Shown here one piece after another: positions 48,308-58,354 of a DNA stretch of 58,354 bases. The notes below the pieces were generated by a model that was not told where the DNA came from, did no database searches, and worked only from the letters and a program-made list of their open reading frames with translations. Position 1 is the first letter of the stretch. Each line of letters begins with the position of its first letter. The stretch lies in assembly GCA_050246815.1 (NCBI GenBank), contig JBFWVI010000018.1, positions 1 through 58,354 on the forward strand, written 5' to 3'. The position numbers and the translations under genes were made by a program. The stretch is from Bdellovibrionales bacterium. GTDB lineage: Bacteria; Bdellovibrionota; Bdellovibrionia; Bdellovibrionales; UBA1609.

Positions 48308-48739
48308 CTATTGGTTTCCGGCCTCTTCTTCAGCTTCCGGATCTTCCTCGTTGCACTCACGGGCGTGATCCTTGAGGCACTTGCCGATGTAATCCACGTC
48401 ATCGCCTTCCCCATGGCGTCCGATATGGGCCGCCAGTGCGTTGCGAGAAACGCAAAGCGTATGGGAATTGGCGATATTGCCGCTCGGCACGTGACAGATA
48501 TTCACTTTTTTGTCGCGTCGATTTAGGCCACACTCGGCTCGATCAAGCAGTTCGCCTTCTTCAGGATCGATTTCACCATCGTCGACAATTTCTTCGACCG
48601 TGGGCTGTCCCTCTTGCACAGATTTGGCCGAAGCGCTGCTGGTGCTTGAGAACTCCGTATCGCTGCAACCGACAATAAAGACCAAAAGTCCCAACGCGAA
48701 AACCGAAGTCAATAAGGATGGCTTCATATGCTCCCCCAC
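48308..48739 (-). CDS. Hypothetical lipoprotein
   Basis: Lipobox IVGC; KV.ICH.P.GN....TLC....H motif. Confidence 0.65.
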   Translation of the reverse strand: MGEHMKPSLLTSVFALGLLVFIVGCSDTEFSSTSSASAKSVQEGQPTVEEIVDDGEIDPEEGELLDRAECGLNRRDKKVNICHVPSGNIANSHTLCVSRNALAAHIGRHGEGDDVDYIGKCLKDHARECNEEDPEAEEEAGNQ

Positions 48740-48858
48740 AATGCCTTTTTAAGGTTGCAAAAGCATGCCCACCTATAAACGAATCTATCGGTAACTGCGG
48801 GCCTAGGGTGCGTCATGCCTGTGACATTGTTTAGAAAATCGCCGTCTCAAATTGAGAC

Positions 48859-49809
48859 TCAATAAACCACACGACCGAGCCGTTGGCTTGCGATCGCCCA
48901 TTGTTTTGATAAATAGGGTGACGTATGGCCAACTCGACTGACTTTTTCTAGAAGCGGGAACATTGTCGCCGGCTGTTTGCGAAGCCACTCGCCGGTCGGG
49001 GCCTGCAAGATGGTGGTCGTGCCTTCATAACTGCGTCGGCTCAGGCGCAACTCGCCCTTGGGAAACAAACGAATTCGATCGACGACTTCCCGCACGTCCT
49101 TAAGAGGAACCCTCTGTTTTGTTTTTTCCGCCCAGTGCATAAGCGCGCTTAACCCGCGTAGAACATCGTAAAAATAAAAACGCGGGAAACAAAGCTGCAT
49201 CCATTTTTCTGCACTTTTTTGCTCGCTGGCGTTGTGCTTGGTGTCCGAACCCAGCATTAACTGCCTTTTCATTAGAAACTTTGCACCCTTGTCTAAGAAG
49301 GCTTTTTCTTCTTTGGTCCAATCCCGCGGAGTGAATTTTAAAATGGCTTCAAATGCGGCGATGGTGCCCACCATGGAGCTGGGACATTCATCCTTCACTA
49401 AATAAGCCTCGTTGTCACAGTTCAAACCCCCATCGGCCATTTGGTACTTCAGAAACCAGGGGCGTATCCAAGGCAGTTCTTGATCCACGTTCACGCCCCA
49501 CTTGGCCAAAACCTGATAGACGTTACCCAGCTGACAGTGGCAAGGGGTGCCGCGATAGGGGTCCACGCCCTCTGGCATTTCGCCCGGATGAATCGGAAAA
49601 ATTTTAACCGGCAGGCGATTTAAAGAATTCACCAATTCTTCGACGATTTTTTTGGGAATTCTTTTGGTCTCTTTCATTTCATAAAGCAGCAGCATATGCC
49701 ACCAGGGCGAGTGCCACTTGGGCCAATAGGGATCAGCTTGAATGCTCTTAACTGCGGCATCGGATTGCAAATAGCGGACGCTGTCTTGGATTTCGGCGCT
49801 GACGTTCAT
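48859..49809 (-). CDS. Conserved hypothetical protein (terpenoid-cyclase-like repeats)
   Basis: Q.ADGGLNC and FPRFYFYDVLRGL motifs. Confidence 0.6.
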   Translation of the reverse strand: MNVSAEIQDSVRYLQSDAAVKSIQADPYWPKWHSPWWHMLLLYEMKETKRIPKKIVEELVNSLNRLPVKIFPIHPGEMPEGVDPYRGTPCHCQLGNVYQVLAKWGVNVDQELPWIRPWFLKYQMADGGLNCDNEAYLVKDECPSSMVGTIAAFEAILKFTPRDWTKEEKAFLDKGAKFLMKRQLMLGSDTKHNASEQKSAEKWMQLCFPRFYFYDVLRGLSALMHWAEKTKQRVPLKDVREVVDRIRLFPKGELRLSRRSYEGTTTILQAPTGEWLRKQPATMFPLLEKVSRVGHTSPYLSKQWAIASQRLGRVVY

Positions 49810-49818
49810 TTTAGGCCC

Positions 49819-50292
49819 TCAAACATTATGATAAGGCAAATTCTTCCAAATGCTCAAGGCGCGGTATGTTTGCTCCATGGCCATGATTTTCGCCACATGA
49901 TGGTTCATCGTCAAAGCCGAAAGACTGACCGTTTTTGAGGCCCGCTGCTTGACCTCTTCGCTAAAACCGTACGGGCCGCCGATCACCATCACCACTCGTC
50001 GCTTACCAGATTCGACGGCCTGCACCAGCCATTTGCTGTACTCTATGGAATCTTTGGCCATGCGGCCCCTTTCATCGAAGAGCCATAGGAAATCGTCGGC
50101 CTTCAGATTTTCCAGAATTTTTTCACTTTCAATGCGACGCTTAAAGTCCGCGTCGTCACGCCCCGCGCTTTTGGCTTTAAGCGGAGTCACTTCAAGTGGA
50201 CAAAGAGTTGAGATTTTTTTGCATAAAACTTCCTCTGCGGCTTCGGCATAGGCTTCTTTTGCGCCGGCCACGTACCACAGACAAAGTTTCAT
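49819..50292 (-). CDS. rlmH: 23S rRNA pseudouridine-1915 methyltransferase RlmH
   Basis: DERG, IGGPYGF, SLS.LT.NH and EQ.YRA..I...PYH motifs. Confidence 0.92.
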   Translation of the reverse strand: MKLCLWYVAGAKEAYAEAAEEVLCKKISTLCPLEVTPLKAKSAGRDDADFKRRIESEKILENLKADDFLWLFDERGRMAKDSIEYSKWLVQAVESGKRRVVMVIGGPYGFSEEVKQRASKTVSLSALTMNHHVAKIMAMEQTYRALSIWKNLPYHNV

Positions 50293-51416
50293 ATGGATTG
50301 CAACGCCACGGCTTTGTTACGCGCCCACAGATCTTCCAGGCGGTATTCTTGGCGTAAAAAATCATAAAACACATGCACGATCAAGGATCCATAGTCGATC
50401 ACGACCCAGCGACCTTCGCCCACGCCCTCTAGTCCTTGCGGCCAAACACCCATCTGATTTTTTATTTCGCGGGTTAAAAATTCCGCCAAAGCAGACGTGT
50501 GCCGTGTGCTGGTGCCCGATGCGATGATAGTGAATTCTGTGGCGCCATTAGCCGCACGCAAATCATACGCCTGCGCATTCACGGCCCCTTTGCTTTGCAG
50601 CCATTTGACACACATGCGCGTGAAGCGTTCAAAATCGCCGATTTGGCTTGAAAAGTTTTTGTACAAGTTGTGTTTGCCGATGTATTCGGCCACGGCCGAG
50701 GGCACAAGATCGTTGATCATATAGCCATCGCGCACACGTTTACGAATTTCCGTGGCCGATACTTCTAGGTCATTCAGTTGAACGAAGTGAATGTTGCGAC
50801 CGCTTTTTAGCAGGGTCATTTTGCGAGCGAATTTTTGCACAAAAGGCCTTAAGCCGCCGGGGAATGCTTCCAACGACTGCGGCAGCTCCATGCCGGGACG
50901 ACTGGTGACAACCAAATCCGCATTTTGCAGAATCTCCGAAAAATCTTTCCATTGATCGAAGTTTTCAAACTGATCCATGCCAATGATCAAAAACAAGGTT
51001 TCATTGGGTGCTTCTTTGCGCAGCTCGTGAACGGTGTCCACCGTGTAGCTGACACCGGCGCGACGGATTTCACGTTCATCAATGGCCAAGGCATCATGCT
51101 CACCAATGCCATGACGAACCAAGGCCACGCGTTGTTCAGGGGACAGCCCCTGCACGGGATTACGCAAAGGACTTTGAAAAGCAGGGATCACCCGAATGCG
51201 CGCCAATCGAAGCGCCTGGGCCACAGTTTCAAGGCTGTTCAAATGACCGTTGTGAAAGGGATCAAAGTTGCCACCAAAAATGCCAACACGGATCTTGTTG
51301 CCTTGACGCATGCTTAGACGTTTAGGCGCCTTTTTGTTGGCTTTGACGGGCTTACCCGTTTGACGTTTGATTTTTGGCGGTTTTTTGCCTGTTTTTTTGC
51401 CCGTGGCTTTTTTCAT
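50289..51416 (-). CDS. nadD: NadD nicotinate-nucleotide adenylyltransferase fused to RsfS
   Basis: GIFGGNFDPFHNGH, SYTVDT, IIGMD and SATEIR, then IASGTS.RH and WVVIDYG..IVHVF....RQEYRLEDLW. Confidence 0.9.
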   Translation of the reverse strand: MKKATGKKTGKKPPKIKRQTGKPVKANKKAPKRLSMRQGNKIRVGIFGGNFDPFHNGHLNSLETVAQALRLARIRVIPAFQSPLRNPVQGLSPEQRVALVRHGIGEHDALAIDEREIRRAGVSYTVDTVHELRKEAPNETLFLIIGMDQFENFDQWKDFSEILQNADLVVTSRPGMELPQSLEAFPGGLRPFVQKFARKMTLLKSGRNIHFVQLNDLEVSATEIRKRVRDGYMINDLVPSAVAEYIGKHNLYKNFSSQIGDFERFTRMCVKWLQSKGAVNAQAYDLRAANGATEFTIIASGTSTRHTSALAEFLTREIKNQMGVWPQGLEGVGEGRWVVIDYGSLIVHVFYDFLRQEYRLEDLWARNKAVALQSI

Positions 51417-52450
51417 AATTCTTCCATTTGGTCTTCGTTAAAAACTTTTTTTCCGATTTCGATCAAAAGCTCTTTCAGACTCTGGCCAGAAACGGCCGAA
51501 ATCAACAGGGGATTTAAACCTTTTTTCTTGAACTTGGCCGCCACTTCTTGGCGGCGGTCTTCGTCGACCGAATCACATTTGTTCAAAACCAAAAGCTGCG
51601 GTCGCGTGGCTAGCGGCGTAAACCCCTCGCTGCCCGCCTTATCTTTGTCGTAGGCTTTTAACTCCCCTTGAATTTCTTTATAGGCTTCAAGAGGGTCTTT
51701 GCCGGCCATTTCGCTGATGTCGATCATGTGCACAAATACGCGACAGCGTTCGATATGACGCAAAAATTGAATACCCAGTCCCACCCCTTCATGGGCTCCG
51801 GCGATCAGACCCGGAATATCCGCCACCACAAACGAACGATACTCGCCCAACTTCACCACACCCAAATTTGGCGTGATGGTGGTAAACGGGTAATCGGCGA
51901 TTTTCGGTTTGGCCGCTGAAATACGAGAAATCAACGTGGATTTGCCGGCGTTGGGAAGACCGATGATTCCCACGTCGGCCAAAAGTTTCAGCTCGAGTTT
52001 AATGACCCTTTCATCCCCGGGCAGTCCCTTTTGCGCCACCGTGGGTGCCTGGTTCACGCTGGTTTTATAAAAAGTGTTGCCCATGCCGCCCAGTCCACCC
52101 TTCAAGAAGACAACGTCACCGGGCTGGGTCAGGTCCAATAAAATAGAGTCGTCTTCGTCTTTGATCACGGTACCGGGGGGAACTTCCAAAATCATGTCTT
52201 TGCCGTCGGCGCCGGCCTTATTTTGTGAGCCTCCATTTTCGCCATCTTCGGCACGGTACTCACGCCGCAAACGTAGATCGATCAAAGAATTCAAGCGAGG
52301 ATTCACACGAAATATCAAATCACCGCCGCGCCCGCCGTCCCCGCCATCGGGGCCGCCGCGCGCAACCATGGCTTCCCGGCGAAAGCTGACCTTGCCCGGT
52401 CCACCCTTGCCTGAGGCCACTGTGATTTCCACTTCATCGATAAACTTCAT
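51413..52450 (-). CDS. obgE: GTPase Obg
   Basis: GGPDGGDGGRGG, GLPNAGKST, YPFTT and DIPGLI motifs. Confidence 0.96.
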   Translation of the reverse strand: MKFIDEVEITVASGKGGPGKVSFRREAMVARGGPDGGDGGRGGDLIFRVNPRLNSLIDLRLRREYRAEDGENGGSQNKAGADGKDMILEVPPGTVIKDEDDSILLDLTQPGDVVFLKGGLGGMGNTFYKTSVNQAPTVAQKGLPGDERVIKLELKLLADVGIIGLPNAGKSTLISRISAAKPKIADYPFTTITPNLGVVKLGEYRSFVVADIPGLIAGAHEGVGLGIQFLRHIERCRVFVHMIDISEMAGKDPLEAYKEIQGELKAYDKDKAGSEGFTPLATRPQLLVLNKCDSVDEDRRQEVAAKFKKKGLNPLLISAVSGQSLKELLIEIGKKVFNEDQMEEL

Positions 52451-52535
52451 CTGTGTCCTCGGGCCGCCTTCAGATGGCCCTCTTTACGGTTCACTGCAAA
52501 ATATTTCTGTTTGCAGGGGGAACAATTCTCTTTTC

Positions 52536-52569
52536 AAAAACAAAAGGCCCTCGATTTGACGAGAGCCTT
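52536..52569 (-). terminator. Probable intrinsic terminator after rpmA
   Basis: Minus strand reads AAGGCTCTCG-loop-CGAGGGCCTT followed by TTGTTTTT. Confidence 0.6.
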
Positions 52570-52638
52570 GTTGCTGTAAAAACTTTGAGCCTACGAGCCT
52601 CTGCTGAAGTGGCCTCAGCCGCTCTTCACCAAATCCGC

Positions 52639-52899
52639 CTAGGCGGATTTCGGCTCAACGCTGATGCGCAGCTTGGTTTTGTTGACGCGCTCAAATGTCA
52701 CCGCTCCGTCGATCAACGAGAAGATCGTAAAGTCGCGACCCATTTTCACATTGCGTCCCGGGTAAAATTTTGTGCCACGCTGGCGAACCAAGATCATGCC
52801 CGGCTTGACGGTTTGGCCGCCAAAGCGCTTCACGCCCAGTCGCTTACTGTGACTCTCACGTCCGTTTCTTGTACTGCCTGCGGCCTTCTTCGATGCCAT
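52639..52899 (-). CDS. rpmA: 50S ribosomal protein L27
   Basis: [23 protein letters not shown]...VRQRGTK. Confidence 0.97.
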   Translation of the reverse strand: MASKKAAGSTRNGRESHSKRLGVKRFGGQTVKPGMILVRQRGTKFYPGRNVKMGRDFTIFSLIDGAVTFERVNKTKLRISVEPKSA

Positions 52900-52912
52900 T
52901 GCTCACCCCTTC

Positions 52913-53467
52913 TTACTTGCTGGATTTCTTTTTTGCTGTGGTTTTTTTCTTCGCCGTTTTCTTTTTGCCCGCCGCTTTTTTGGCCGGCTTTTTAACTGCT
53001 TTGGCGACTTTTTTTGGAGCCTTTTCTTCCGTCGAGGCTTCGCCGCTGCGTGTGCTCTGTTTCACTTGCTGGGCAAAATCGGCTTTGCGCAAATCGCGCT
53101 CTTGTTTCTTTTCTGGATCAAACACTTGGGCTTTGCCTTCCGCGGTCACAGTGCCGGCGGGGCTCGAAATCGATTTCACAAAGATCTCGGTGTAAAGTTG
53201 ACGATGTCCTGTCAAACGGCGATAGCCTTGTCGGCGCTTTTTCTTGAAAATGATGACTTTTGGACCCTGGCGCTGGTTCGTGACCACAACGGTGACTTTG
53301 GCGTTTTTCACATTCGGCTCGCCTAAAATCATTTGATCGCCACCAATGGCCAAAACTTCAGTCAAATCCAACTCAGAGCCCAAATCGGCTTCAAGCTTTT
53401 CGATGCGTAGAACGTCGCCCGGTTGCACTTTATATTGTTTACCGCCGGTGCGGATGATGGCGTACAT
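52913..53467 (-). CDS. rplU: 50S ribosomal protein L21 with a Lys/Ala-rich C-terminal extension
   Basis: MYAIIRTGGKQYKV and FKKKRR.GY....GHRQ.YT; start ATG 53467 after GGAGG. Confidence 0.95.
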   Translation of the reverse strand: MYAIIRTGGKQYKVQPGDVLRIEKLEADLGSELDLTEVLAIGGDQMILGEPNVKNAKVTVVVTNQRQGPKVIIFKKKRRQGYRRLTGHRQLYTEIFVKSISSPAGTVTAEGKAQVFDPEKKQERDLRKADFAQQVKQSTRSGEASTEEKAPKKVAKAVKKPAKKAAGKKKTAKKKTTAKKKSSK

Positions 53468-53563
53468 GGAAACCTCCAAAAGTCGTAAGCCTCGGATATC
53501 TGCCACGGTGCAATAGCCCAAGTCAATGTTTTGCTCAGAAATCATGCACAGTTACGGGTTGAA

Positions 53564-55138
53564 TTACGATGGCTCCACCACTTTTGGGGCCGCGGGCTCT
53601 GGCTTGGTCATGGTATAGATTTCAAATTGCTCCAAGTGGAAGCCGGGTTCGACTTTAAATACCACCGCGCGTTTGATTTTTTTCTCAATATATTCAAGCA
53701 TTTCTGATTCTTCTGCGTAAATATAATCGGCCAAGTCAGAGTGGCAGTGGACCACCGTGCTGACCTTGGGATCGATCTTGCGGTCTTCGCGCTCAAGGGC
53801 CCTAAAGATCTCGCTGGCAATGGTGCTTTTTCTTTTAATGTAGCCCTTGCCATCGCAATAGGGGCAGGGTTCGCACAGGGTCGACACAAGGCTTGGGCGA
53901 ATGCGTTTTCGGGTCATCTCCACCAAACCCAAACTCGACATCGAGACCACCGAAGTCCGAGCCCGGTCCTTTTGCAGTTCCAAAGCCAACTGGTGCATCA
54001 CCTTTTCGCGATGATTTTCACGTTCCATGTCGATGAAATCGATAATGATAATGCCGCCGCAGTTGCGGATGCGCAGCTGGTGGGCGATCTCTTTGACCGC
54101 CTCAAGGTTGGTTTTAAGAATGGTGTCTTCAAGATCTTTTTTGCCCACAAAGCGGCCGGTGTTCACATCGATCACCACCAAGGCCTCGGCTTCGTCAATG
54201 ACGATATATCCCCCCGACTTCAGCCATACCTTGCGATCCAAGGAGTGTGAAATTTCAAGGTCAATGTCGTAAAGGTCGAACAGGGGTTGATGGCCGTCGT
54301 AAAGCTCGATGATGTTCTTAAAACGTGGCATAAATTGGGTCACAAACGTGGTCACTTTGCGCTGAACCACTGGATCATCCACAATCACACGCGACACGCC
54401 TTCACCCAACAGGTCGCGTAAAGCCCTCAGCTCGACATCGAGTTCGGAATAGGTCATGCCCGGTGTTTTGCGCTTTTCGTAGTTTTTTAGAATGTCTTTC
54501 CACAGGCGCTCCAAATACTCCAGGTCGGCCCTCAGGCTTTCCGCCGTGGCGCCCTCACCCGCGGTGCGCACGATCACGCCACTGTTGGGCTTCAACTCCT
54601 CGACCAATTTACGCAAGCGCTCGCGCTCGGCCTCGCCCTCGATGCGGCGGGAAATCCCCAAATGACGAAGCGTCGGCATAAACACAATATGTCGACCCGG
54701 CAACGAAATATGAGTGGTGATCCGCGCCCCCTTGGTGCCCAAGGGGTCTTTTGCCACCTGCACCAACAACTGTTGTCCCTCATGCAGCAAATCCTGGATC
54801 TGGGCCCGCGGCGGCTCTGTGGTCGCCCGCGCTTCATCATTGTGGGAGGACTCTTCTTCGCCGCTTGACTCTTCATCATCGACAAAAAGTTGCGGCTCGG
54901 CCTCTGAGACATCGTCGCGAACATCACCCACATACAAAAACGCCGCACGATCTAGGCCAATGTCCACAAAGGCGGCCTGCATACCCGGCAGCACCCGCAC
55001 GACCTTGCCGCGAAAAATCGACCCGACCAAGGTCGGTGAAAGCTTTCGCTCGATTTTGAGATCGGTGACGACCTCGTCTTCGACAAAGGCCACTCGCGTT
55101 AAATTGGGTCGCACACTAATTAAGATCTCACCCGACAT
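53564..55138 (-). CDS. rng: Ribonuclease G (Rne/Rng family)
   Basis: PGMQAAFVDIG, KDPLGTKGAR, IDVNTG and GGIIIIDFIDM motifs. Confidence 0.92.
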   Translation of the reverse strand: MSGEILISVRPNLTRVAFVEDEVVTDLKIERKLSPTLVGSIFRGKVVRVLPGMQAAFVDIGLDRAAFLYVGDVRDDVSEAEPQLFVDDEESSGEEESSHNDEARATTEPPRAQIQDLLHEGQQLLVQVAKDPLGTKGARITTHISLPGRHIVFMPTLRHLGISRRIEGEAERERLRKLVEELKPNSGVIVRTAGEGATAESLRADLEYLERLWKDILKNYEKRKTPGMTYSELDVELRALRDLLGEGVSRVIVDDPVVQRKVTTFVTQFMPRFKNIIELYDGHQPLFDLYDIDLEISHSLDRKVWLKSGGYIVIDEAEALVVIDVNTGRFVGKKDLEDTILKTNLEAVKEIAHQLRIRNCGGIIIIDFIDMERENHREKVMHQLALELQKDRARTSVVSMSSLGLVEMTRKRIRPSLVSTLCEPCPYCDGKGYIKRKSTIASEIFRALEREDRKIDPKVSTVVHCHSDLADYIYAEESEMLEYIEKKIKRAVVFKVEPGFHLEQFEIYTMTKPEPAAPKVVEPS

Positions 55139-55273
55139 AGGGGGCTACCTTAAGCCATGGCCCGCGGATGCTCAATGGAAATCAGGCCTCGACCTAGATC
55201 CAAATCATTGTGCCTAAACCCTTAACCCGACTTGAGATTGCGCCGATAGGTGGATATCGACGGGAGCCCAGAA

Positions 55274-56482
55274 ATGGCTGAAATCGACAAATTGTTTCGC
55301 CTGATGGTGGAAAAGAACTCTTCCGACATGCATTTGTCGGCAGGAACCCCACCGTTTTTACGCGTTCATGGCGACATGATTCCGATTGATCATCCGCCGC
55401 TGCAAAACGACAGCATTCAGGCCCTGGTTTTTGAAATCCTGACAGAAAAGCAAAAACGTTTATTCGTCGAGCACTGGGAGCTCGATTGCAGCTATCAACT
55501 GCCTGGCGTCGGCCGCTTTCGGGTGAATGTGTTTATGCAGCGTCGTGGAATGGGCGCTGTGTTTCGCGTGATTCCCGAAGTCATCAAAACCATCGATGAG
55601 TTGCAATTGCCACGCAGTCTTTACGATCTGATCGATGCACCTCGTGGCATGGTGCTGGTCACCGGCCCCACTGGCTCGGGCAAGTCGACCACTTTGGCGG
55701 CCTTGATTCACACCATCAACGTGACTCGCAAAGAACACATCATCACCATCGAAGACCCGATCGAATTCGTACATGAAAACCGCGGCTGCCTAATCAACCA
55801 GCGCGAAGTTTCCTCGCACACCAAAAGCTTTTCAAACGCCTTGAAAGCATCCCTTCGTGAAGACCCCGACATTATTTTGGTGGGGGAATTGCGTGATTTA
55901 GAAACCATTCAGCTGGCCATGACCGCCGCCGAGACAGGACACTTGGTATTCGGCACCCTGCACACCAATAGCGCCGCCAAAACAGTGGATCGTATCATCG
56001 ATGTGTTTCCCGAACAGCAGCAAGAGCAAATCCGCACCATGTTGGCGGAAAGCTTGCGCGGCGTGATCGCTCAGAACTTATTTAAGCGCGTCGACAAACC
56101 TGGCCGCATCGCCGCCATTGAAGTGCTGGTGAACACAAGCGCCGTGGCCAACCTGATCCGCGAAGGCAAAACCTTCCAGATCCCCTCGCTGATGCAAACC
56201 GGATCCGATCAGGGCATGATCACTTTTGAATCTTACGTCGGAAAACTTTTTGCCGAAGGCAAAGTCAGTCGCGAAGACGCAGAAATGTACTCAAGTAAAA
56301 AGCGCTCCACGTCTTCGCCCTTCAATCGCGAAGAATCGCGCCCCGGCATCCCCCGTCCGGGCGGTGTGCCCAGCGGCACTTCAAGCGGTATTAAAATTCA
56401 TAGCAGCTCGCCGGCGCCCAGTGTCGCGGGAACTGCCGTTAAAAATTTAGCTGATCTCGTAAAGAAAAAAGTGGGCAGTTAG
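55274..56482 (+). CDS. pilT: Type IV pilus retraction ATPase PilT
   Basis: GPTGSGKSTT, TIEDPIE, LREDPDIILVGELRD and AAETGHLVFGTLHT motifs. Confidence 0.92.
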   Translation: MAEIDKLFRLMVEKNSSDMHLSAGTPPFLRVHGDMIPIDHPPLQNDSIQALVFEILTEKQKRLFVEHWELDCSYQLPGVGRFRVNVFMQRRGMGAVFRVIPEVIKTIDELQLPRSLYDLIDAPRGMVLVTGPTGSGKSTTLAALIHTINVTRKEHIITIEDPIEFVHENRGCLINQREVSSHTKSFSNALKASLREDPDIILVGELRDLETIQLAMTAAETGHLVFGTLHTNSAAKTVDRIIDVFPEQQQEQIRTMLAESLRGVIAQNLFKRVDKPGRIAAIEVLVNTSAVANLIREGKTFQIPSLMQTGSDQGMITFESYVGKLFAEGKVSREDAEMYSSKKRSTSSPFNREESRPGIPRPGGVPSGTSSGIKIHSSSPAPSVAGTAVKNLADLVKKKVGS

Positions 56483-56499
56483 CCCAAACAAAATAGGTC

Positions 56500-56925
56500 C
56501 TAGAAGCTCCAAGCCCACCCGGCGCCCAAAGTGGGTGCCGCCTGCGCCATCTGCTCGCGCTGAACCAATTGCCAGCTTTCGGGGCCAAGCCCGCGCGAGC
56601 GCGCATCGGGCGGAGGATTGTCATAATAACTGCGGCCGTCGGTCGCGGTTTTGTAAGTGGAATACGTGGTTCCGATAATGATACCGATTGCCGCGCCCAC
56701 GGGGATATTGGCCAACTTGTCTTGCGGGCGGCCATAAAAACTTAAGGTGCTTAAACCCAAAATAGCCCCGGCCAGTCCTGCAAAAATAATCACCGCGATT
56801 TGCTTGCGCGGGCCAAAATTGCGCGAGCTGCTTTGCGCATCAGCCGGCTGCCCATAAGCGGGTGCGACCGGCATTAAAACAGCCAGGGATAAACACAAAA
56901 TTAAGACGGCGAAACTTCGAACCAT
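56500..56925 (-). CDS. Hypothetical membrane/secreted protein
   Basis: Signal peptide and Gly-rich hydrophobic helices. Confidence 0.6.
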   Translation of the reverse strand: MVRSFAVLILCLSLAVLMPVAPAYGQPADAQSSSRNFGPRKQIAVIIFAGLAGAILGLSTLSFYGRPQDKLANIPVGAAIGIIIGTTYSTYKTATDGRSYYDNPPPDARSRGLGPESWQLVQREQMAQAAPTLGAGWAWSF

Positions 56926-57209
56926 GGGCGCTGACCATCCTCTACGATTAAGAATCCCTCAAAAAGCCGGTCCTCTGCAATCTCTTTCACGGCCAGGGCT
57001 GTCACTTGGGCTAGGCGCGGCCCCTCAAGCAGCTTTTCATGCAGCTGATCCAAGGCGGCCCCTGCGCCCTTCGCCAAAGCTTCAACCCGGCCATCCCGCA
57101 GATTGCGCACTTGTCCTGTCAAATCTAGGGCTGTGGCTTGACGTTGAACAAACGCGCGGTAACCAACCCCCTGAACTTGGCCCGAAACCAAAAAATAACG
57201 ACACTTCAT
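56901..57209 (-). CDS. acyP: Acylphosphatase
   Basis: GQVQGVGYR and VRNL.DG.VE motifs. Confidence 0.92.
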   Translation of the reverse strand: MKCRYFLVSGQVQGVGYRAFVQRQATALDLTGQVRNLRDGRVEALAKGAGAALDQLHEKLLEGPRLAQVTALAVKEIAEDRLFEGFLIVEDGQRPWFEVSPS

Positions 57210-57290
57210 GCCTTAAACTCCGCCCCATAGCCGACACTGACTTGTCATTTCACTTGCACTCAACAACAATCTGATCCTGGAAGAGGTTTT

Positions 57291-57962
57291 ATGACCACGG
57301 CTCACCTTGCCCGCTACATTGATCATACTTTACTGCGCGCCGACGCCTCTGCCAACGACATCACCAAACTTTGCCATGAAGCGCGCGAGTTTAATTTTTG
57401 GTCGGTTTGTGTCAACCCCTGTTGGATTTCTTTTTGTCGCGAGCAATTAAAGGGCAGCGCGGTTCGAGTTTGCACCGTGATCGGTTTTCCCTTGGGCGCA
57501 AACGATTCGGCGACAAAGGCCTTTGAAGCGCAAAACGCGGTTCAAAATGGCGCCGATGAACTGGATATGGTCCTTAATATTGGCTTTGTAAAATCCGCGC
57601 GTTGGCACGCTGTTGGCGACGACATCGTCGCCGTGGTCAAAGCCGCCGGGCTACGGCCGGTTAAAGTGATTCTGGAAACCAGCCTGCTGTCGGACGATGA
57701 AAAAATAAAATCCTGCCAAGAGGCCATGCGTGCCGGGGCGGCCTTCGTGAAAACGTCGACCGGCTTCAGTACGGCGGGTGCCACTGTCGAAGACGTGCGC
57801 CTAATGAAACAAACCGTGGGCGATCACTTGAAGGTGAAAGCCAGCGGCGGAGTGCGCGATTTGGCCTCTTTGCAAAAAATGATTGCCGCAGGCGCTGAAC
57901 GCATCGGCACAAGCTCAGCCACTCAGTTTCTAGCCGGCCAAAAAGCGGACGAGGGTTATTAA
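57291..57962 (+). CDS. deoC: Deoxyribose-phosphate aldolase
   Basis: [26 protein letters not shown] and KASGGVR motifs. Confidence 0.96.
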   Translation: MTTAHLARYIDHTLLRADASANDITKLCHEAREFNFWSVCVNPCWISFCREQLKGSAVRVCTVIGFPLGANDSATKAFEAQNAVQNGADELDMVLNIGFVKSARWHAVGDDIVAVVKAAGLRPVKVILETSLLSDDEKIKSCQEAMRAGAAFVKTSTGFSTAGATVEDVRLMKQTVGDHLKVKASGGVRDLASLQKMIAAGAERIGTSSATQFLAGQKADEGY

Positions 57963-57963
57963 G

Positions 57964-58354
57964 ATGTCCTACATCCCCGCTGAACTGATCAAAAAAAAGC
58001 GCGCCGGCCAGGCGCACACGCAACTCGAAATTGATTTTTTGATCCGACAATACACCGTCGGGGTATTGCCCGATTATCAAATGTCCGCCTGGCTGATGGC
58101 TGTTTGCTTTCGTGGTATGACGGACGCCGAAACCGCCTGGCTGACTGAAGCCATGATGAACTCCGGCGAAGTTTTGGATTTTTCACACCTTCCCCGCCGC
58201 GCCGTCGACAAACACTCCACGGGCGGAGTGGGCGATAAAACCAGTCTGATTTTATCCCCCCTGGTGGCCGCGGCCGGCGTGCCCGTGCCCATGATGGCGG
58301 GGCGGGGCCTGGGCCACACCGGTGGAACCCTGGACAAGCTTGAGGCGATTCCGG
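57964..58354 (+). CDS. Thymidine/pyrimidine-nucleoside phosphorylase (5' part; runs off the window)
   Basis: Translated by hand: [13 protein letters not shown]...[10 protein letters not shown]...[11 protein letters not shown]...[15 protein letters not shown]. Confidence 0.92.
   Translation, partial: MSYIPAELIKKKRAGQAHTQLEIDFLIRQYTVGVLPDYQMSAWLMAVCFRGMTDAETAWLTEAMMNSGEVLDFSHLPRRAVDKHSTGGVGDKTSLILSPLVAAAGVPVPMMAGRGLGHTGGTLDKLEAIP

Noticed and set aside
52453..52995. Long antisense ORFs over housekeeping genes (e.g. 2478-3005, 6738-7445, 19694-20236, 52453-52995)
   Set aside because: Shadow frames of well-supported genes on the opposite strand.

Overview
Bacterial chromosomal window, probably from a Bdellovibrionota-type organism (inferred from protein style and gene content, not proven). 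The flanks are housekeeping genes. Left: mltG, an arginine succinyltransferase (ast) cluster, TPR-SH3, cNMP-binding and AI-2E genes. Right: bamD, hpt, rimO, lolA-like, comF-like, rlmH, a nadD-rsfS fusion, obgE, rpmA, rplU, rng, pilT, acyP, deoC and a pyrimidine nucleoside phosphorylase. Between about 8.9 and 40.5 kb is a visibly more AT-rich accessory island anchored on a 2.2-kaa, signal-peptide-bearing teneurin-like Rhs/YD toxin gene. The main finding is two related integrative elements in tandem (about 10775-23454 and 23447-34279). Each has xis, a pair of tyrosine recombinases (the second with altered catalytic residues), a serine resolvase, regulators and a replication module. They are delimited by the 8-bp sequence ATCATAAT, which lies in the conserved Rhs-core D-Y-D codons (34272, 23447, 10775). 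Each element appears to insert into the Rhs gene, supply a new toxin tip plus immunity gene, and push the previous tip downstream as an orphan. Excision at the repeats would restore in-frame fusions. Tandem GGCACGA repeats lie 123 and 134-135 bp from both orphan junctions and again just after each immunity gene. A decayed relic of a similar element lies at 8.9-9.8 kb. This is a candidate integrase-driven Rhs toxin-tip exchange system. The mechanism is inferred from sequence architecture only.
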